DNA of 64,000 nucleotides from Nitrospirota bacterium (GTDB taxonomy: Bacteria; Nitrospirota; Thermodesulfovibrionia; UBA6902; DSMQ01). The stretch covers positions 4,506 through 68,505 of the forward strand of contig JACQXB010000022.1 of NCBI GenBank assembly GCA_016208965.1. The letters run 5' to 3'. Position 1 is the stretch's first letter. Each line of letters starts with the position of its first letter. A program made the position numbers and the translations under genes. The notes beneath the pieces are model-generated. The model had not been told where the DNA came from and did no database searches. It saw only the letters and a program-made list of their open reading frames with translations. This document shows positions 39,645 through 49,094 of this stretch, piece after piece.

Positions 39645-40073
39645 TTTTTATTCCCCTATAGTTACCATATGCAAGTATCTTAGCATTTAATAATGCTAAA
39701 CGTAAGTATATTTCATTATAGGGCCCAAGTTGAGCATTTTTCTTGTTATGATATGAGGCATGTTCATTCAAAAACCCGTGTAACGCAACAGGATTCATTG
39801 AGAGGCAATTATTTTTTGGTTTCACCACATAAGTTATTCAAAAGATTTTCTATAAAAATAATTGCCTGTTATAAGGTTCAATGCCTCTTCCCCAGAATTG
39901 TTTAAATATCCGCTTTCTCAATTAGATTCTTCTTATAAATTTTATTCAAAAAATTTATAGGGTAATAAAATTTATTGAAGAGATTTTTGCGTTTTTCCTT
40001 CTCAAAAATTAAGAGGATGTAGGCCTATAAAGATTTTATTACGAATAAGTGTTGATTTAGGATATAATTTTAT

Positions 40074-40433
40074 ATGAAGACTATGAAAACATTGAATTTT
40101 GTATTCATTAATTCTGTATCAAAAGAGGATATAAACACGATTGAGGATATTCTGAGTAATGAAAGACTCAGGAAATACCTCTGGATTGAATTTATATTAA
40201 ACCCCACGATGGTAAAGGCATATAAATCGTATATAGGAAACCCCATTGTGAAGGACAGTCTTATAGATGCATTGAGCTGGTATCTTGCTTTCAGGTGGAT
40301 ACTGCCTGAAAACAAGGCACTTGAAGAATTACATGAAGATAAAATAATACAGCCATATAGGATAAAACTCAGCATTTACAGAGAGAAGAGAAGAAATTTC
40401 TTAAAGGGTCTCATCCATGCACGATTATGTTAA
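40074..40433 (+). CDS. hypothetical protein (upstream partner of the nucleotidyltransferase-like gene)
   Basis: ORF only. Overlaps the next ORF by 17 nt. Confidence 0.35.
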   Translation: MKTMKTLNFVFINSVSKEDINTIEDILSNERLRKYLWIEFILNPTMVKAYKSYIGNPIVKDSLIDALSWYLAFRWILPENKALEELHEDKIIQPYRIKLSIYREKRRNFLKGLIHARLC

Positions 40434-40932
40434 GTTCTACATAGAGAAAATAGAAAACCATGCAAGGGTGAAAAAGGAGCCGCTTGAGCTCCTCCTCATT
40501 GGTGGACTTGCCATGAGTTTTTATGAAATGCCCAGATATACTATTGATATAGATGCAGAGATTAAATGCAGTGAAAAATTTTTTTCTGAGCTTATTGAAT
40601 TTCTGAAAAAAGAAAATATCAATTTCAATATAAGTGAAAACATAAGTGGCTGGGGCATTATACCGTTGCCTGCTGGGTACAGAGAGAGGGCAATAACCGT
40701 TTATAAAAGTGATTTTCTCATCTTAAAAATTCTTGAGCCGATAGACTTTGTCTTCAGCAAGCTGCTCAGAGGAACAGAGGAAGACTTTAGTGATGCAACG
40801 CAAGTTATTAAGAGATATAGGATTACAAAGGATTCACTGATTGGCCGGGAAGCCCTCATAAAATATCCAAAGGATACTGAAACATTGTTCTTCAAGAAAA
40901 AGTTTCAGCATTTAATGGAATTAATAGACTAA
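40417..40932 (+). CDS. putative minimal nucleotidyltransferase (DUF6036/AbiEii/MNT-like)
   Basis: A GG-x13-DID pattern (LLIGGLAMSFYEMPRYTIDIDAE) fits the G[GS]x9-13Dx[DE] NTase motif. Confidence 0.5.
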   Translation: MHDYVKFYIEKIENHARVKKEPLELLLIGGLAMSFYEMPRYTIDIDAEIKCSEKFFSELIEFLKKENINFNISENISGWGIIPLPAGYRERAITVYKSDFLILKILEPIDFVFSKLLRGTEEDFSDATQVIKRYRITKDSLIGREALIKYPKDTETLFFKKKFQHLMELID

Positions 40933-40986
40933 ACCCCGTTAGAAAGCTTGCTCCGTTTAGAGATAAATTTCTAACGGGGTCGTCCC

Positions 40987-41151
40987 TTAATTCCTCCAGT
41001 CTTTTTCCTCTCTCAGATATACTGTCCTATGAGGGAATGGTATCTCAATCCCTTCTTATTTAAATCTCTTAAATATCCTCTTTCTTAATTCATGAGAGAC
41101 AAGATGTCTTAGTTTAATCAAACCAAAACCCGGGATATCGAGTTCAAACAT
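40987..41151 (-). pseudogene. remnant of an mscS 3' end with an in-frame stop
   Basis: My translation is [53 protein letters not shown]. The intact MscS C-terminus (49095..) reads ...HEMRKRIFKRFKEEGIEIPFLHRTVYIKEEKAREI. Confidence 0.75.
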
Positions 41152-41199
41152 AATGACATCCCCTTAACTACAACTACTTTACGGCAAGCTCGAATTTTT

Positions 41200-41751
41200 T
41201 TAAACTTTTACTTTTAAATATTCAATGAGTTCTTTAATCCCAATTATTATCTGCATCGGATTAGGTGGACATCCCTGAATATAGAAGTCAACCGGGATAA
41301 TATTGGAAACTCCATTTGTCACTGCATAGCTTCCTTTATATATTCCTCCGTCAACGGCGCAGTCCCCGCATGCAACAACAATCCTCGGTTCAGGTGTTGC
41401 AAGACAGGTTTTTTTAAGGGCAAGTTCCATCTGTCTTGAAACAGGCCCTGTTATTAGAAGCATGTCAGCATGCCGTGGAGATGCAACAAAATCAATGCCA
41501 AATCTCTGAATGTCATATATTGGATTTGTTAACGCTGTACACTCCCATTCGCAGGCATTGCATGAGCCTGCATCTATCTGCCTTATCCGCAAAGACCTGT
41601 TGAATATCCCGTCAATGCCTTTTTGCAGGTTGACAAAATGCGCAACAGATTCCGGTGATAAGGCTAATAGTTCGGGAACATCAATCGTATTTTTTCTTGT
41701 TGTCAGGTTTTTAAAAATTTGTTTAATCATAGCAATCTCTTCTAAAATCAA
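41200..41751 (-). CDS. NuoB/HycG/HyfI-like small subunit ([4Fe-4S] ligands retained)
   Basis: GSCNACEWE, RIVVACGDCAVDGG, YIQGCPPNP. The likely true start is MIKQIF at 41730. Confidence 0.85.
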   Translation of the reverse strand: MILEEIAMIKQIFKNLTTRKNTIDVPELLALSPESVAHFVNLQKGIDGIFNRSLRIRQIDAGSCNACEWECTALTNPIYDIQRFGIDFVASPRHADMLLITGPVSRQMELALKKTCLATPEPRIVVACGDCAVDGGIYKGSYAVTNGVSNIIPVDFYIQGCPPNPMQIIIGIKELIEYLKVKV

Positions 41752-41841
41752 AAATTAAAATGAAAAATTACAAATAAAAATGTAAAAATAAAAGCCCTGT
41801 ATCCCTTGATTTTGATTTTTTATTTTTAAATTTTTATTTTG
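41752..41841. repeat. A-rich/T-rich heptamer-word inverted block between the small and large subunit genes
   Basis: aaaaatt aaaatga aaaatta caaataa ... gattttg atttttt attttta aattttt. A similar block lies at 52538-52640. Confidence 0.6.
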
Positions 41842-41846
41842 TCTTT

Positions 41847-43412
41847 TCACATATCACATCCTGAGTAAGATAAATTAAAACTTTTATTGCATAACGGAAA
41901 GTCAGGCACAATGTTCCCATGCACTGCAAACGGCACTGCAGGCCAGTTGCAATATGACGGCGACCTGAATTTTACTCTCAGAGGCCTTCCATTTTTATCA
42001 GACATAACCCAGTAGAATACCGACCCTCGCGGAGTTTCTGTATAACCCAATGCTGAGGAGCATGGAGGTATCTCCTTTATACTCGCAGCAAGTTCCCCCT
42101 TGTATCTGTTTTCAAGGAGTGCATTAATCATTGATATTGAGCATTCTGCCTCCTCTGCCCTGACCATCATCCTTGCAAAGACATCGCCTCTCGCCATCGT
42201 ATGCGCCTCAAAATCAAGTTTGTCATAAAGCAGATGCGGATGCGCCTTTCTGATGTCATCATTGATTCCGGATGCCCTTGCTGCAACACCGGTAACACCT
42301 AATTTTACTGCTATATCTTTTGATAGCCTGCCTGTATTTTCAAGCCGTTCAATATGTGAGACTGTGCCTGTCAGCAGTTTCATAAAATCCTTGTATTCTT
42401 TTGTAACCTCATTAATGATGTTCAGAATATCATCAGCCTGAATAAAGATGTCTTTGCTGACCCCGCCTATTTCATTCATCCCTCTAAGGTATCTGCTGCC
42501 TGCAAGCCTCTCATTAAGCTGCATAAGTTTTTCTTTTATAACCGCTCCCCCTGCATACCCGACAGCCAATCCAGTGCCTGCACACATATTTCCGATATCT
42601 CCGATATGGTTGTACAGTCTCTCCAGTTCCAAAAGGAGTGTCCTGACTGCCTTTGCCTTTTCTGTTATTTCAATGCCTGCCATCCTTTCAACTGCCATGC
42701 AATATGCTGTAGAATGTGAGAAAGAAGATGTGCCGGAGACCCTTTCAGCAAGCTTCACTCCATCAAAAAAACTCATACTTTCAAAGTGCTTTTCCGTGCC
42801 TTTGTGCGTGTAGAAAAGCCGCGGCTCAAGAAAGAATATGGTCTCTCCCACAGCGCTGAACCTGAAGTGCCCCGGCTCTATTATTCCTGCATGAACAGGG
42901 CCAACAGGGATTTCGTATATTCCTTCGCCTTCTACTTTCATAAAGCTATAAGGCTCTTTTTGAACTAATCCCTTTCCCCATTCTTTTAATTCAGGCTCTG
43001 TAATATTCCAGTCCTTTCTTAAAGGGAATGAATTACAGGGGAAAGAATCATGCAATACGAGTCTGCGTAAATCAGGATGTCCTTTGGGAGTCAGACCAAA
43101 CATATCCCTTATCTCACGCTCATACCAGTGGGCTGCCGGGATATCAGGTGTTATAGACGGGAATATAAGGTCATCCTTTAACGGCAGAACAATTATATGA
43201 AATTTATCTGTTCCGGGAACAGAGAAAACCGTATATATTTTAAAAGCTGTGTCAATCTCTCTTTCATCAGTTGCAAACATAAGCCGCAGTATGGCCCTCT
43301 TTTTCCCGTACAGATAAACACATGCTTCCTTAAAGTCATCCTTCCTGACTTCAATATATAGTTCATTGAAAAGTCTTTTTGTTTTAACTGCCTTATTGAT
43401 AATCTCTTCCAT
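41847..43412 (-). CDS. NuoC-NuoD / HycE-HyfG-like fused 'large subunit' lacking the [NiFe] cysteine ligands (Ehr-type)
   Basis: GPVHAGIIEPGHFRF. The L1 region reads ERVSGTSSFSHSTAY (HycE, from memory: ERVCGICGFAHS). The C-terminus reads FNLSYSGCDM (HycE, from memory: LDPCYSCTDR). Start MEEIINK at 43412 overlaps the upstream stop (TAATG). Confidence 0.85.
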   Translation of the reverse strand: MEEIINKAVKTKRLFNELYIEVRKDDFKEACVYLYGKKRAILRLMFATDEREIDTAFKIYTVFSVPGTDKFHIIVLPLKDDLIFPSITPDIPAAHWYEREIRDMFGLTPKGHPDLRRLVLHDSFPCNSFPLRKDWNITEPELKEWGKGLVQKEPYSFMKVEGEGIYEIPVGPVHAGIIEPGHFRFSAVGETIFFLEPRLFYTHKGTEKHFESMSFFDGVKLAERVSGTSSFSHSTAYCMAVERMAGIEITEKAKAVRTLLLELERLYNHIGDIGNMCAGTGLAVGYAGGAVIKEKLMQLNERLAGSRYLRGMNEIGGVSKDIFIQADDILNIINEVTKEYKDFMKLLTGTVSHIERLENTGRLSKDIAVKLGVTGVAARASGINDDIRKAHPHLLYDKLDFEAHTMARGDVFARMMVRAEEAECSISMINALLENRYKGELAASIKEIPPCSSALGYTETPRGSVFYWVMSDKNGRPLRVKFRSPSYCNWPAVPFAVHGNIVPDFPLCNKSFNLSYSGCDM

Positions 43413-44896
43413 TATCTTACTCCAAGAACATTGATACATTCCCTGATAGTGCCGTCTATAAAATCCGGTACAGTTAACCCAAGGGAAATAATACATACCG
43501 CCATAACCACCATAATAGTATATGAAAAAATATCCGAACCGGTATAATGAGCTTTTATTATTTTCTGATTATCGTATTCTGCATTTCCAGCGCCAAAAAG
43601 CATTTTCCCGAATCCGGAAAGCATACCATAAAAAACAATCACTGCGAAAAGCAGAAATAAACCGACTGCCACCCATAACCCTTTATCCACACCAGCCTTT
43701 AATATCGTAAACTCACTTAAGAAGATATTAAACGGCGGCGTCCCTGCAAGAGACAATACCCCTATGAACGTTAAGGTCCCAAGCAGCGGCATTGATGAAA
43801 GCACACCCGTAATATTTTCTATTTTTGTTGAACCATAGTGCGCCTGAATCCTTCCTGAGGAAAAAAACATAAGAGGTTTTGAGATTGCATGATTCAAAAT
43901 ATGCAGAAGGGCGCCGTAAATACCAACAACCCCTCCGATTCCAATGCCGAGGGATATAATCCCCATATGCTCAATACTGCTGTATGCAAGAAGTCTTTTA
44001 TAATTTTCCTGTACCAGTATGAATATGGAGGATATGCCCATAGAGACAAGACCAAAAAGAATAAGCAGATTACCTGTAAAATTGCTTCCTGTTGATGGCT
44101 CCACAATAGATACAAACCTGATTATTCCGTAAAAAGCAGTGTTCAGAAGTATCCCTGAAAGTAAGGCGCTTATCGGACTCGGCGCCTCACTGTGTGCATC
44201 AGGAAGCCAGTTATGCACAGGAGCAAGCCCTGCCTTTGTTCCGTATCCAAGAAGGACAAAGATAAAGGCAAGTTTCATTGTTGCGGGATTAAGCCTGCCA
44301 GCAATGGCTTTAAGCGTTGTCCAGTTCAACACCCCTCCTGTTCCAAGAACCGCAGTGGAGGCATAATATGTGATGAATATGCCTAAAAGGGCGAATGTTA
44401 TTCCCACGGTGCAGAGGATTATATACTTCCACGCCGCTTCAATTGCCATTGGTCTTTTTGTAAAACCAAGACCAATTAAAAGTGCAGATACTATAGTAGT
44501 TGCTTCTATGGCAATCCACATGACAGTAAGGTTATTTGTAACTACCACAAGAAGCATGGTAAATATAAATAAATGGAATAAAGCATAATATCTTCTTACT
44601 CCTGTGATATCTATGAGGCCTATTTTTAATTCATGCTCAATATAACCGATGGAATAACCCCCGGATGCAAGAGAAAGCAATATCACCAGCGCCATGATAT
44701 AACCTGACAGTGCATCCATATAAAGGATGCTGTTTAACGAGATTATAGGCGATGATACAGATGAGGTAATTATCGGTATTGAAAAAACGGCAAGGATGAT
44801 AACACCTATAAGACTCATATAACTTATTAATTTATGGTTCTTCAGTGCATAACAAATAATCGCTGTAATAACAGGTATCAAAAGTATTGCAATCAT
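43412..44896 (-). CDS. HyfF/NuoN-NuoM-like antiporter-type membrane subunit
   Basis: 494 aa, polytopic, with a Mrp/NuoMN-type pattern (WLPDAHSEAPSPISALLSG). Confidence 0.85.
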   Translation of the reverse strand: MIAILLIPVITAIICYALKNHKLISYMSLIGVIILAVFSIPIITSSVSSPIISLNSILYMDALSGYIMALVILLSLASGGYSIGYIEHELKIGLIDITGVRRYYALFHLFIFTMLLVVVTNNLTVMWIAIEATTIVSALLIGLGFTKRPMAIEAAWKYIILCTVGITFALLGIFITYYASTAVLGTGGVLNWTTLKAIAGRLNPATMKLAFIFVLLGYGTKAGLAPVHNWLPDAHSEAPSPISALLSGILLNTAFYGIIRFVSIVEPSTGSNFTGNLLILFGLVSMGISSIFILVQENYKRLLAYSSIEHMGIISLGIGIGGVVGIYGALLHILNHAISKPLMFFSSGRIQAHYGSTKIENITGVLSSMPLLGTLTFIGVLSLAGTPPFNIFLSEFTILKAGVDKGLWVAVGLFLLFAVIVFYGMLSGFGKMLFGAGNAEYDNQKIIKAHYTGSDIFSYTIMVVMAVCIISLGLTVPDFIDGTIRECINVLGVR

Positions 44897-44900
44897 TAAT

Positions 44901-45560
44901 TCATCCCTTCAAAACAGTGAGTTTATCAAGATCCGCGGATGCAAAAGCGCGTCTGATCTGAATTATGAACATACCGAGGATTATCACACCCATGAGCATA
45001 TCAAATAAAATGCCGAGCTCTATGATAGTAGGCATTCCGAATGTCAGGGAAAAGCCTGCGAGGAAAAGGCCGTTTTCCATAAATAACAAACCTATCACCT
45101 GAATGACAGCCTTCCTCCGGGTTATCATTATGAAAAGCCCTATCAATATTACTGCAACTGAAATCTGAAGGACATTTTTTGAAAACCCGGCAACAAATAT
45201 CCCTTCCTTTAATGACGCATAAACAACCGCCACAAGGATTCCGGAAATAGTCAGCGATAGTGCATTACTGATATACGGCTCGACATCATGGGTTATCTTC
45301 ATCTGTCTGACTATCCTTCTGAGAAATACCGGTATTGCTATACCTTTACTTAAAAGGGTAACCGCGGCTGCTATATAGAGGTGGGTTTCTCCAATCATAA
45401 ATGCCACAATTCCGATTAATAACGACAGCAGCCATGAATTGAGCGTATATGCCCTTACACATGACTCAATCCTTCTCAGGGCATTCATTGCCACAGCGGC
45501 AAGAAGGATGCCGACTGATATAAAGTCAATTACTGAAAAGGCCTGTATCCAGTTTTTCAT
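44901..45560 (-). CDS. HyfE-like small membrane subunit
   Basis: 219 aa, all-hydrophobic. Position matches the hyf order B-C-(D)-E-F-G-(H)-I. Confidence 0.7.
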   Translation of the reverse strand: MKNWIQAFSVIDFISVGILLAAVAMNALRRIESCVRAYTLNSWLLSLLIGIVAFMIGETHLYIAAAVTLLSKGIAIPVFLRRIVRQMKITHDVEPYISNALSLTISGILVAVVYASLKEGIFVAGFSKNVLQISVAVILIGLFIMITRRKAVIQVIGLLFMENGLFLAGFSLTFGMPTIIELGILFDMLMGVIILGMFIIQIRRAFASADLDKLTVLKG

Positions 45561-45577
45561 CTGAAAATACCTTTTCT

Positions 45578-45648
45578 GTCATTGCGAGCGCAGCGAAGCA
45601 ATCCCCGCACCTTCGAGATTGCTTCGGCACTTTGTGCCTCGCAAAGAC
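45578..45648. repeat. composite palindromic element (GTCATTGCGAG...CTCGCAAAGAC) inside the operon
   Basis: gtcattgcgagcgcagcgaagcaatcc...gattgcttcggc...cctcgcaaagac. Lies in the 114-nt gap between two complex genes. Confidence 0.65.
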
Positions 45649-45674
45649 ATATTGTCGTCTTTTTATGTTCCATC

Positions 45675-46589
45675 CTATTTACTCATCATTATATAAGTCA
45701 ACAGCGAAAGCAGCGCCAGGACAAACGCCCCTCCTAAAATAGAAGGTAATTGAAAAAACCTTATCTTTGCCCTTGTTGATTCAACCAATGCCATTAAGCC
45801 TGCCATAAAAAGTATTTTTACGATATAAATACCAAATGACGAAGCAAGCGCTAAACTTTCCGTACCGTTTGAAATCCCTGCCGGAAAGAATATATCAACT
45901 GCAATGGTGAACAGCAGCATCTGCTTCATATAATGCGCCCATTCCATCAGCGCAAGATATTTGCCTGAATACTCAAGCAGCATCCCTTCGTGTATCATTG
46001 TAAGTTCAAGATGCGTGTCGGGATTGTCAACAGGGATTCTTCCTGTTTCTGCAATTATCGCAATCATAAAAGCGGACAGGGCGAGTATATGGGACGGCGA
46101 AAAAAGCAGACCGGAGCCGGCAATCCTCGCGATATTAGTTGAGCCTGCTGATATGGCTGCAGTAAATATGCTTAACATCATCATGGGTTCAACCAGTATC
46201 GCCACAGTCATTTCCCTGCTGCTGCCTTCACCGCCGAAGGCAGTTCCTGCATCAAGTCCTGAGAGCGCCATAAAAAATCTTCCGAGTGCGAAGATATAAA
46301 TCAATGCTATTACATCGCCCATTACATCAAAGGGCGATTTTGTGGTTATTACAGGAACAATCATAGAGGCAGCAGCCGTGGAGGCAAATACTATGTACGG
46401 CGTTGCCTTAAAAATCCATGAGGTGACACCAGATATAACCATATCTTTTTTCAGAAGCCTTATAAGGTCATAATACGGCTGGAATATGCCGGGGCCGATC
46501 CTGCCCTGCATATTTGCCTTAAGTTTCCTGATAATCCCCTGAATAAGAGGGGATAGCATAAGGATTATCAAAAACTGAAAATATTCCAT
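45675..46589 (-). CDS. NuoH/HycD/HyfC-like membrane subunit
   Basis: 304 aa: RKLKANMQGRIGPGIFQPYYDLIRLLKK, the typical N-terminus of NuoH/HycD. Confidence 0.85.
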   Translation of the reverse strand: MEYFQFLIILMLSPLIQGIIRKLKANMQGRIGPGIFQPYYDLIRLLKKDMVISGVTSWIFKATPYIVFASTAAASMIVPVITTKSPFDVMGDVIALIYIFALGRFFMALSGLDAGTAFGGEGSSREMTVAILVEPMMMLSIFTAAISAGSTNIARIAGSGLLFSPSHILALSAFMIAIIAETGRIPVDNPDTHLELTMIHEGMLLEYSGKYLALMEWAHYMKQMLLFTIAVDIFFPAGISNGTESLALASSFGIYIVKILFMAGLMALVESTRAKIRFFQLPSILGGAFVLALLSLLTYIMMSK

Positions 46590-46590
46590 A

Positions 46591-48582
46591 TCATGTACCG
46601 AATATTAAAAGCAGTATCAATGTTATCAATATATAAGCGAGATACAGGTGAAGGCTTCCGGACTGAAGTATTTTCACCTTTCCGGCAAGCTTATGGATAA
46701 AACCCGTTACAGGGTCATAAATATATTTTTCAAAAAACGGCGTTATCTCTCCACTGTATTCAATAGATTTTACAAAGAACGGTTTTACAAGGTAAGAGAC
46801 CTTCAATTCCCTCGTGGGAAGATATATCCTCTTAAATATCATCCTTACAGGTTTTGTGAATGCAGCTGCTGAATACTGCATCCTCGGTGTAAGCCATGGA
46901 ATTCCGCAGTCCCATGAATCGCCGTAAATGATTCTTTTTTTACGGCCCACTGTAAGGATAAAGATAAGAGTTGAAATGGACATAACAATCATTGTAATCA
47001 GAATCGCCGCAGGCGACAGCGTGGATAATGTCTCGCTTATACCTATGAAAATCCCTTTATACGCCATTCCGTGCGAACCTGTCAGCATAAACGAAACCGG
47101 CTGGATTATTGTTAAAACAATCCCCGGAAATACTCCGAACAGCAGGCATAGTAGAGCAAGTATACCCATGCCGATTATCATGGATAAAGAAGATTCCTTT
47201 ACATTTTCTGCGTGACAGCTCCTCGGCATGCCGAGAAAGGATATGCCAAAGGCCTTTACAAAACAGGCTGCAGCAAGGGCTCCGGTTAAAGCCAATGCAG
47301 CGCCGCCCAAAGGTGAAATTATCTTTGATGTAATGGACGTTGATTTAAAACCGAGAAGGAGCGACTGATATGTAAGCCATTCACTTACAAATCCGTTAAA
47401 CGGCGGAAGCGCGCATATGGAAACAGAGCCTACGAGAAAAAACAAACCCGTATACGGCATGGATTTAATCAGCCCGCCCATGTCCTCCATATTCTTTGTG
47501 TGTGTTGCGTGCATGACAGAGCCGGCTCCGAGGAAGAGGAGACCCTTGAATACAGCGTGATTCAATGTATGATAAAGTCCTGCAATAAGCGCCAGCGAAG
47601 AAAGCGCAAGCATGCCGCTGCTCCTGAAGACCATGGATGCGCCTATACCGAGGAGGATAATGCCGATATTTTCCACACTGTGATAGGCAAGGAGCCTCTT
47701 TAAATCATGTTCCATCAAAGCATACATAACGCCGAGTATGGATGAAACAGCGCCTATTACAATTATCGCAATTCCCCACCATTCAGGCCCCGGGCCCATT
47801 ATATCCATGCTTATTCTTATAAACCCATAGATGCCTGTCTTTATCATAACCCCTGACATGAGGGATGATATATTTGACGGTGCTGCAGGATGCGCCCTGG
47901 GAAGCCATGTGTGAAACGGGATAATTCCGGCCTTTGTTCCGAACCCTATAATGGAAAAAATAAATACGAGACTCTTCATATCTTCAGGAATCTGGGAGGA
48001 AAGCCCTTTGATTCCGGAAAAGCCCATGTCCCCTGTATATCTGTAGAGAATCATAAAAAGCACTATCAGGAATGCCGTCCCGATGTGCGTCATCACTGCA
48101 TAAACCAAACCTGCCTTTGCGGATTTCTCATCCCTGTCAAATGTGACGAGGAAATAAGAGATAATCGACATAGTTTCCCAGGATATGAGAAATGTAATAA
48201 TATTGCCTGACAGCACAACCGCATACATGCTCAGGATGAAGATATTGAAAAGGAAACCCATAAGTCCCTTATTGTCTAAATCTCTTGTATAGCCTATTGA
48301 ATACACAGACACTGCGAATGCGAGAATGGAAATTACAAGGATAAAGAATCCTGAAATGCCGTCGCCGCAGAATGAAAAATCAAAGACTGACGAGATAGGC
48401 AGAGAAAACATATTCCGCGGCTCAGTAAATAACAGATACAGACCAAAAACAGCAAAACCGGCAGCGCCAATGGATGAAAGAATATAGATATAGGTTTTTG
48501 TCTTCTGGCCGGGCAGCAATGAAAACATCGCACCCGAAAAGAAAAATAAAAAGCCTATATGCAGATAACTTTCAATCTCCAT
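46591..48582 (-). CDS. NuoL/HycC/HyfB-like antiporter-type membrane subunit
   Basis: 663 aa: WLPRAHPAAPSNISSLMSGVMIKTG. Confidence 0.85.
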   Translation of the reverse strand: MEIESYLHIGFLFFFSGAMFSLLPGQKTKTYIYILSSIGAAGFAVFGLYLLFTEPRNMFSLPISSVFDFSFCGDGISGFFILVISILAFAVSVYSIGYTRDLDNKGLMGFLFNIFILSMYAVVLSGNIITFLISWETMSIISYFLVTFDRDEKSAKAGLVYAVMTHIGTAFLIVLFMILYRYTGDMGFSGIKGLSSQIPEDMKSLVFIFSIIGFGTKAGIIPFHTWLPRAHPAAPSNISSLMSGVMIKTGIYGFIRISMDIMGPGPEWWGIAIIVIGAVSSILGVMYALMEHDLKRLLAYHSVENIGIILLGIGASMVFRSSGMLALSSLALIAGLYHTLNHAVFKGLLFLGAGSVMHATHTKNMEDMGGLIKSMPYTGLFFLVGSVSICALPPFNGFVSEWLTYQSLLLGFKSTSITSKIISPLGGAALALTGALAAACFVKAFGISFLGMPRSCHAENVKESSLSMIIGMGILALLCLLFGVFPGIVLTIIQPVSFMLTGSHGMAYKGIFIGISETLSTLSPAAILITMIVMSISTLIFILTVGRKKRIIYGDSWDCGIPWLTPRMQYSAAAFTKPVRMIFKRIYLPTRELKVSYLVKPFFVKSIEYSGEITPFFEKYIYDPVTGFIHKLAGKVKILQSGSLHLYLAYILITLILLLIFGT

Positions 48583-48914
48583 TTTTAAAAAACTTTTTAG
48601 TTTAAATAGGTAAAGAGAATAAAGTCAAATCTTCTTCGGTGCATTCTGACCTTGATTAATAATACGTTTAAGGTATCGAAAAACAAATAATTTTCCAATC
48701 CCGACACGTCGGGACATTATTTTAATTGCATTTTTCGGGTTAAATATCTGAAAAATAGAGATAGGGCTAAAAATTATGTAAAACCAATAAGAATAGATAG
48801 GGAAATTTGGATTGCCAATTTTAGACCGGGGTAAATCTGTGTTCATCTGTGGTTAATCAGGTTCTTTATTCTGGGCAGTATTTGCGTTATAGCTATCTCA
48901 ATATATACAGCAAC

Positions 48915-49052
48915 ATCAGATAACAAGCTCCGGCAGAGATGTTACCGAAGCCATGAGAACAACACCAACCCATGTCCTTCCAAGACCTGTCTTTTCGGCT
49001 AAATAAACAATTAAAGATGTGCAGATTATAAATCCAAGCCAGAGAAGCATAA
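48915..49052 (-). pseudogene. remnant of a CaCA 5' end (internal deletion, premature stop)
   Basis: My translation is [44 protein letters not shown]. The intact gene (39644..) reads [56 protein letters not shown]. The lower boundary is approximate. Confidence 0.7.
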
Positions 49053-49094
49053 TTCACCTTAAATATGCTTTATTTTTGGAATTATCTCTGTCAT

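Noticed and set aside
41200-48582. Calling the cluster a genuine [NiFe] hydrogenase-4 / formate hydrogenlyase
   Set aside because: Both CxxC ligand pairs of the large subunit are replaced (SGTSS and SYSG). No HycF/HyfH, HyfA/HycB or HycI-type genes are present, so an active [NiFe] site is unlikely.
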